The notes under the pieces were generated by a model. It worked only from the letters and a program-made list of their open reading frames with translations. It was not told the origin of the DNA and did no database searches. From assembly GCA_963739995.1 (NCBI GenBank), contig CAVUCH010000011.1, positions 934 to 64,933 on the forward strand: a stretch of 64,000 nucleotides of DNA, in the 5' to 3' direction. Source of the DNA: Vicinamibacteria bacterium (GTDB lineage: Bacteria > Acidobacteriota > Vicinamibacteria > Vicinamibacterales > JAENWD01). The position numbers and the translations under genes were made by a program. Positions within the stretch are counted from its first letter, which is position 1. The number at the start of each line of letters is the position of its first letter. This document shows positions 59,365 through 64,000 of this stretch, piece by piece.

Positions 59365-60374
59365 CACACCGGATCGTGCTCGTCGCCGGCGACGGCATCG
59401 GCCCGGAGGTGTCCGAGGCCGTGCTCCGCATCATCAAGGTGGCCGGTGTGGCCATCGACTGGGAGCCGTACGATGCCGGCCTGCTGGCTCTCCAGCGGCA
59501 CGGCACCACGCTGCCAATCGAGCTGCTCGACGCCATCAATCGCACGAAGGTCGCACTCAAGGGTCCGGTGACGACGCCCATCGGCGAGGGCTTCACGAGC
59601 GTGAACGTGGGCCTCCGCAAGGCGCTGTCGCTCTTTGCCAACGTGCGGCCCGTGTGGTCGATCGCAGGGGTCCCGTCGCGCTACTCGGACATCGACCTCG
59701 TCATTGTCCGCGAGAACACGGAGGACCTTTACTCCGGGCTCGAGCACGAGGTGGTGCCTGGTGTGGTCGAGAGCCTCAAGATCATTTCGGAGGCCGCGTC
59801 GAACCGGATCGCGCGGTTCGCGTTCGACTACGCGCGGCGGAACGGCCGCAAGAGCGTCACGGCCGTGCACAAGGCGAACATCATGAAGCTCGGCGACGGG
59901 CTGTTCCTGAAATGTGTGCGAGCCGTGGCGCGCGAGAACGTCGACATCCCCTACCACGAGCGCATCGTCGATGCAGTCTGCATGCACCTGGTGATGAACC
60001 CGCACCAGTTCGACCTGCTGGTGCTTCCGAACCTGTACGGCGACATCGTGTCCGATCTCTGCGCCGGCCTGGTGGGTGGCCTGGGCGTCGTCCCCGGCGC
60101 GAACCTGGGCGAGGAAATCGCCGTCTTCGAAGCCGTGCACGGGAGCGCACCCGATATCGCGGGCCAGAACCTGGCGAACCCGACGGCGCTCCTGCTTTCG
60201 GCACTCATGATGCTGCGGCACATCGACGAGCCCGCCGCCGCCGACCGGATCATGGCAGCGCTCAATCGCCTGCTCGCCACAGGCGAGGTGCGTACGCGGG
60301 ATCTCGGTGGAACCGCGACCACCACGGAGTTCACCGCGGCGCTCTGCCGGGAGATGGACACGGGCGAACGGTGA
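59361..60374 (+). CDS. isocitrate/isopropylmalate dehydrogenase-family protein (NAD-dependent isocitrate dehydrogenase-like)
   Basis: RIVLVAGDGIGPEV...ALKGPVTTPIGEGFTSVNVGLRKALSLFANVRP...VIVRENTEDLYSG...NLYGDIVSDLCAGLVGGLG. The start is ATG 59361, overlapping the GAF stop. Confidence 0.85.
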   Translation: MTHRIVLVAGDGIGPEVSEAVLRIIKVAGVAIDWEPYDAGLLALQRHGTTLPIELLDAINRTKVALKGPVTTPIGEGFTSVNVGLRKALSLFANVRPVWSIAGVPSRYSDIDLVIVRENTEDLYSGLEHEVVPGVVESLKIISEAASNRIARFAFDYARRNGRKSVTAVHKANIMKLGDGLFLKCVRAVARENVDIPYHERIVDAVCMHLVMNPHQFDLLVLPNLYGDIVSDLCAGLVGGLGVVPGANLGEEIAVFEAVHGSAPDIAGQNLANPTALLLSALMMLRHIDEPAAADRIMAALNRLLATGEVRTRDLGGTATTTEFTAALCREMDTGER

Positions 60375-60493
60375 CGCCGGTGCGACTGCTCGAAGGGCGC
60401 CCGTGAGCCCGCGAGATGCGGTAGTGTAGCGCCGGACTCCGGCGGCCGGCCGGAGCCCGGGGCCCGGATCGTGTCAGCAAAGCGAGTGATATA

Positions 60494-61633
60494 GTGCCTT
60501 CCGACGAGATGCTCGACGACCTCACCGAGGCGGTGCTCTCGCGCGAGGACATCGTCCGCTACCTGCACGGCAGCCACGGCGAGTCCGGGCTCCAGGTGCG
60601 GGATCGCATCTTCGGGTACCTGGAGGAGCTGCGGACCACGCAGCGCTACCCCATCTACCGGGCGCTGAAGCGCCCGCTCTATCCGATTCTCCGCAAGATC
60701 GAACGGCTCACCGAGGGGATCGAGATCCCGCGTCAGGCCACGGACGCCGGCCGGGTGCTGTACGCGTCCAACCATCGCAGCCACATCGATTACCTGGTCG
60801 AACCGCTCGCGCTCGACGAGCACGGGATTCGACCGCCGATCATGGCGGCCGGCATCAACCTGTTCGGCGGCGCGCTGGGCCTGCTCCACCGCCACGTGAC
60901 CGGTGCGCTGCCGATCCGGCGGAACACCAAGGACCCGGTCTACCTGATCACGCTGAAGGCCTACGTCGCCGAGCTGCTGCACCGTCACGACCTGATGCTG
61001 TACATCGAAGGCGGACGGAGCTACAGCGGCGAGCTGAAGTCGCCGAAGACCGGCCTGATCCACGCGGCACTCCAGGCAGGACGCACCGACCTGGTGGTGG
61101 TCCCGTGCGCGGTAGCGTACGACATCGTGATCGAAGACTTCATCCTGGCGCGCCAGAAGGTCAAGCGCTCGCAACGGAGCTTCGGCCGCGAACTGGCGGA
61201 GATGGTCCGATACGGGGTGGGTTACAAGTCACGCGTGTTCGTGACCTTCGGCACGGCAATCCCCGTTGACGGCTACGATCCGCACTCGCGGAGCGACGTG
61301 CTCGACCTGGCGCACCGGACACGTCACGCGATCGGGCTGCTGGCAAAGGTGCTGCCGACCGCCGTCGTTGCCGCGGCGATGCGCCCGTCGATCACGCGGC
61401 GCGCGCTCGAGAACCGCGTGGCTGAGATCGTCGACGTTCTGGCGGCGGCCGGTGCGAACATGGGCGTGTTCGAGCCCCGCGAGACGGTGGACCGCGCGGC
61501 ACGGGACTTCGTCGCGCGCGGCGTGCTGGTGCTGGAGCGTGGCCGCTTCCGGATTCGCGAGCGGGGCGTGCTCCGGTACTACGCGCGATCGCTCGAGCAC
61601 CTGCTGCATGCACCGGCCGGCCGGACGCACTGA
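60494..61633 (+). CDS. glycerol-3-phosphate / lysophospholipid acyltransferase-family protein (PlsB/PlsC-like)
   Basis: YASNHRSHIDY is the HX4D acyltransferase motif. YIEGGRSYSG (block III) and PCAVAYD (block IV) are present. The start is GTG. Confidence 0.75.
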   Translation: MPSDEMLDDLTEAVLSREDIVRYLHGSHGESGLQVRDRIFGYLEELRTTQRYPIYRALKRPLYPILRKIERLTEGIEIPRQATDAGRVLYASNHRSHIDYLVEPLALDEHGIRPPIMAAGINLFGGALGLLHRHVTGALPIRRNTKDPVYLITLKAYVAELLHRHDLMLYIEGGRSYSGELKSPKTGLIHAALQAGRTDLVVVPCAVAYDIVIEDFILARQKVKRSQRSFGRELAEMVRYGVGYKSRVFVTFGTAIPVDGYDPHSRSDVLDLAHRTRHAIGLLAKVLPTAVVAAAMRPSITRRALENRVAEIVDVLAAAGANMGVFEPRETVDRAARDFVARGVLVLERGRFRIRERGVLRYYARSLEHLLHAPAGRTH

Positions 61634-62568
61634 TGATCGACGCGCTCTCGAAAGCCTCCTTCCACGCGCTCGCCCGCAGCCGCACGCTCAAACGTCTTGC
61701 CTCGCGCTACGGCCTCGCGCACCCGAACAGCTTTGCGCGCCGGTTCATCGCTGGTGAGACGCTCGAGGAAGCCATTGCCGCCGTGCGCGCCGTAGAGGCA
61801 CGCGGCCTGGCCATCACCCTCGACTACCTGGGCGAGAGCGCCTCAACGCTGGAAGAGGCCTCGGCGGCGGCCCGCGAGTACGTCCGCATGCTCGACGTGA
61901 TCGTCGCCGCAGGCATCACGCGCAACGTGTCGCTGAAGCTCACGCAGCTCGGACTCGACGTCGATCGCGATCGCTGCCTGGAGAATCTCCGGCAGATCGT
62001 CGAGCGGGCACACCGGCATGGGTGCTTCGTCCGCATCGACATGGAGAACTCGCCGTACGTCGCCGTCACCCTCGACATCTTCGAGACCCTCTGGCGCGAC
62101 GGGTTCACGAACGTGGGGGTGGTGCTGCAGTCCGCGCTGCACCGGAGCGAGGCGGACCTGCGCCGGGTGAACGCGCTCGGCGCCCGTGTGCGGCTGGTGA
62201 AGGGTGCATACACCGAGCCGGCCGATATCGCCTGGCAGCGCCGGGCCGACGTCGACGCAGCCTACGTCCGCCTGATGGAACTACTGCTGCGGGAGGGCAC
62301 GTTTCCGGCGCTCGCCACGCACGATCCCGCGATCATCGCCGCCGCCCAGGCTTTTGCCGCGAAACACGGTATCGCGCGCGACACCTTCGAGTTCCAGATG
62401 TTGTACGGCATCAGGCGCGACCTGCAGGCAGCGCTCGCTGCCGAGGGCTACGGGATGCGCGTATACATTCCGTTCGGCCGTGAATGGTTTCCCTATTACA
62501 TGCGGCGGCTCGGAGAACGCCCGGCCAACGTGGCCTTCGTGCTCCGGGGCATCCTGTCGGAGCAATAG
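61633..62568 (+). CDS. proline dehydrogenase-family protein (monofunctional PRODH)
   Basis: FIAGETLEEAIAAVRAVEARGLAITLDYLGE...VSLKLTQLG...VRIDMENS...VRLVKGAY...ATHD...FEFQMLYGIR is collinear with the bacterial PRODH barrel. The ATG overlaps the upstream TGA. Confidence 0.85.
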   Translation: MIDALSKASFHALARSRTLKRLASRYGLAHPNSFARRFIAGETLEEAIAAVRAVEARGLAITLDYLGESASTLEEASAAAREYVRMLDVIVAAGITRNVSLKLTQLGLDVDRDRCLENLRQIVERAHRHGCFVRIDMENSPYVAVTLDIFETLWRDGFTNVGVVLQSALHRSEADLRRVNALGARVRLVKGAYTEPADIAWQRRADVDAAYVRLMELLLREGTFPALATHDPAIIAAAQAFAAKHGIARDTFEFQMLYGIRRDLQAALAAEGYGMRVYIPFGREWFPYYMRRLGERPANVAFVLRGILSEQ

Positions 62569-62808
62569 CGATCACCACAACCGCGGGCTTCCGCCAGCCG
62601 GCGGCGTGCACCGGGCGAGGGAGGTGCGACGCGGAGACCCACCCACCCGCTGCACACGTTCTCCGGCGCCGTTGTGCACCACCCAGGCATAACCTGTTCT
62701 CAAGAAGCCGGACGCGAGCGCTGGCACAGCTCTTGATATTGCTGACCATGAAACCCACGGCGCTTCGGCCTCATACGAGGTCGAAGGTGGGAGGAGGCGG
62801 TCAGGATC

Positions 62809-63108
62809 ATGGCCAGCAACTATCAGGACATCGCGGCGACGCCGCTCACGGCTTCCTCCTACATCGGCCAGGCGCGTGGGTTGTGGGCCCGAGCGCTCGA
62901 CGGGTTGCAGACGGCGGTGTGCGGGCTGCACGGTCACGATCCCCTGCTGCAGTTCGAGCACGGGCGGATGTTTCTGAGCTGCTCGTCGTGCGGGTACCAG
63001 AGCCCCGGCTGGAACACCGGCGATCACCGGCCGCGCCCGCGCTTCAGCGGTGATGCGGCCCGCCACCAGCTGCAACAGGGTTCCGTCCAGTCCGAGTCGC
63101 TTTCGTAA
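62809..63108 (+). CDS. hypothetical small protein with a Cys/His zinc-ribbon-like motif (99 aa)
   Basis: GC3 is high and GGAGGAGG lies 12 nt upstream. The motif is VCGLHGHD-x17-CSSCGYQSPGW. I did not recognise a family. Confidence 0.4.
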   Translation: MASNYQDIAATPLTASSYIGQARGLWARALDGLQTAVCGLHGHDPLLQFEHGRMFLSCSSCGYQSPGWNTGDHRPRPRFSGDAARHQLQQGSVQSESLS

Positions 63109-63249
63109 CAGCTGCGGGCGCAAGCCGGCTCCGGCGCGGTATACGCGCCTTTTACCGGCCTCGCCGACCAGCGTCGCGATTCCGCTGCCAGGATTCCGAA
63201 CGAAGCTGTGGTCGACAGCGGTGACGAGGACAGATCGCCAGCCGGCCGG

Positions 63250-64000
63250 TCAAGATCCGCACCACGCCTCGACGACGTCCATGAGCACGTCGCGGCAACT
63301 TGTGACGTGATCCATGCGGACGTATTCCTCCGGACCGTGGAGGCCTGCGCCTCCTGGGCCGAAGAGGACCGTCCGCACCCCGTGCGCCCCCAGGATTGCG
63401 GCGTCCGTCCAGAAGCTGAGACCCGCAGCCTTCGTCGCACAGCCCCGATCGGCACACGCGCGGAGCACGGATGCGGGCCACGGGTCCGACGAATCGATCG
63501 CGTACGCCGGACGGGCGAGGAGCAGGCGGATATCGGCGGTGATCTCGGGATCCACGCACGCCAGATCCGCGAGAATGCGGCGCAAGTCGTCCTCGGCGGC
63601 CGTCAACGGTTCGCCGGGCAGGGTGCGCCGTTCGAACTGCAGGCGGCAGGCCGCCGGATAGCTGCTGAGCTCTCCGCCACCCTCGATCGTCGAGGCGTGT
63701 AGCGATCCGGTCCCGAGCCACGGGTCGGGCGGCTGCGCCTGCAGCCATCGGTCGTGCCGTTCGAGCGCGGCAAGCACACGCCCCATCCGCAGTATGGCGT
63801 CCCGGCCGTCCGCCGGGCGGCTGCCGTGGGCGGCGCGGCCGTGCATCAGGATTTCCGCGGCGGAGAACCCCTTGTGCGCGACGCCGACCTCGAGATCGGT
63901 GGGCTCGGGGATGACCGCGTAATCGGCGGTACACCGGGTGACGAGCGCGTCGGCGCCAGCGCTCGCATACTCCTCGTCTGCGACCGCCGCCACGACGAGC
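63250..64000 (-). CDS. M20-family peptidase (ArgE/DapE-like deacylase), C-terminal part; the gene continues past the window end
   Basis: ...DEEYASAGADAL...VIPEPTDLEVGVAHKGFSAAEILMHGRAAHGSRP..G.DAI...GGGELSSYP...DAAILGAHGVRTVLFGPGGAGLHGPEEYV is typical of the M20 dimerisation and catalytic regions. Confidence 0.8.
   Translation of the reverse strand, partial: LVVAAVADEEYASAGADALVTRCTADYAVIPEPTDLEVGVAHKGFSAAEILMHGRAAHGSRPADGRDAILRMGRVLAALERHDRWLQAQPPDPWLGTGSLHASTIEGGGELSSYPAACRLQFERRTLPGEPLTAAEDDLRRILADLACVDPEITADIRLLLARPAYAIDSSDPWPASVLRACADRGCATKAAGLSFWTDAAILGAHGVRTVLFGPGGAGLHGPEEYVRMDHVTSCRDVLMDVVEAWCGS

Noticed and set aside
62572-63123. 183-aa minus-strand ORF overlapping the small zinc-ribbon ORF and the upstream intergenic region.
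   Set aside because: The translation is low-complexity and Arg/Pro/Gly-rich with no start context. The plus-strand 99-aa ORF has the better codon bias and RBS.

Overview
This is a high-GC (roughly 68-70% by eye) chromosomal segment. I call about 45 protein-coding genes, mostly housekeeping or metabolic. Recognisable genes are lhr, a Fpg/Nei glycosylase, yajQ, treY, a PLD/cardiolipin-synthase-like enzyme, ftsH, glpD plus glpQ, transketolase, an NAD-isocitrate dehydrogenase-like gene and proline dehydrogenase. Also present are M1, M23 and M20 peptidases and GT39 and GT2 glycosyltransferases. Three eukaryotic-like Ser/Thr kinases (TM-tailed, TPR-tailed, TolB-propeller-tailed) and a TIGR02999-type ECF sigma factor suggest an Acidobacteriota- or Gemmatimonadota-like soil bacterium; that placement is inference only. 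I found no rRNA, tRNA, CRISPR array, transposase, integrase or recognisable defence genes. High GC produces many long spurious alternate-frame and antisense ORFs in the track, which I rejected. The items most worth a second look are: (1) a divergent pair of giant paralogous TLC/MFS transporter-HEAT-repeat proteins, one carrying two degenerate cNMP-binding-like domains; (2) a family of intergenic elements, made of a 25-nt hairpin motif CCGGRAC-TGAA-GTYCCGG-CNCCACA with compensatory stem changes that sometimes supplies the stop codon of the upstream gene, plus many 7-8-nt tandem arrays, three of which share the unit (C/T/G)ACCGCC and one of which is a canonical G-quadruplex motif in a divergent promoter; (3) two conserved genes (a CheY-like receiver and a beta-carbonic anhydrase), each broken by one extra base in the same 11-nt context CGCCGAGTACC; (4) a predicted lipoprotein with protein-kinase-like motif order, translationally coupled to a DUF4956 membrane protein; (5) a 431-aa orphan protein. 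I could not confidently identify a complete novel multi-gene system, so candidates are ranked by interest.
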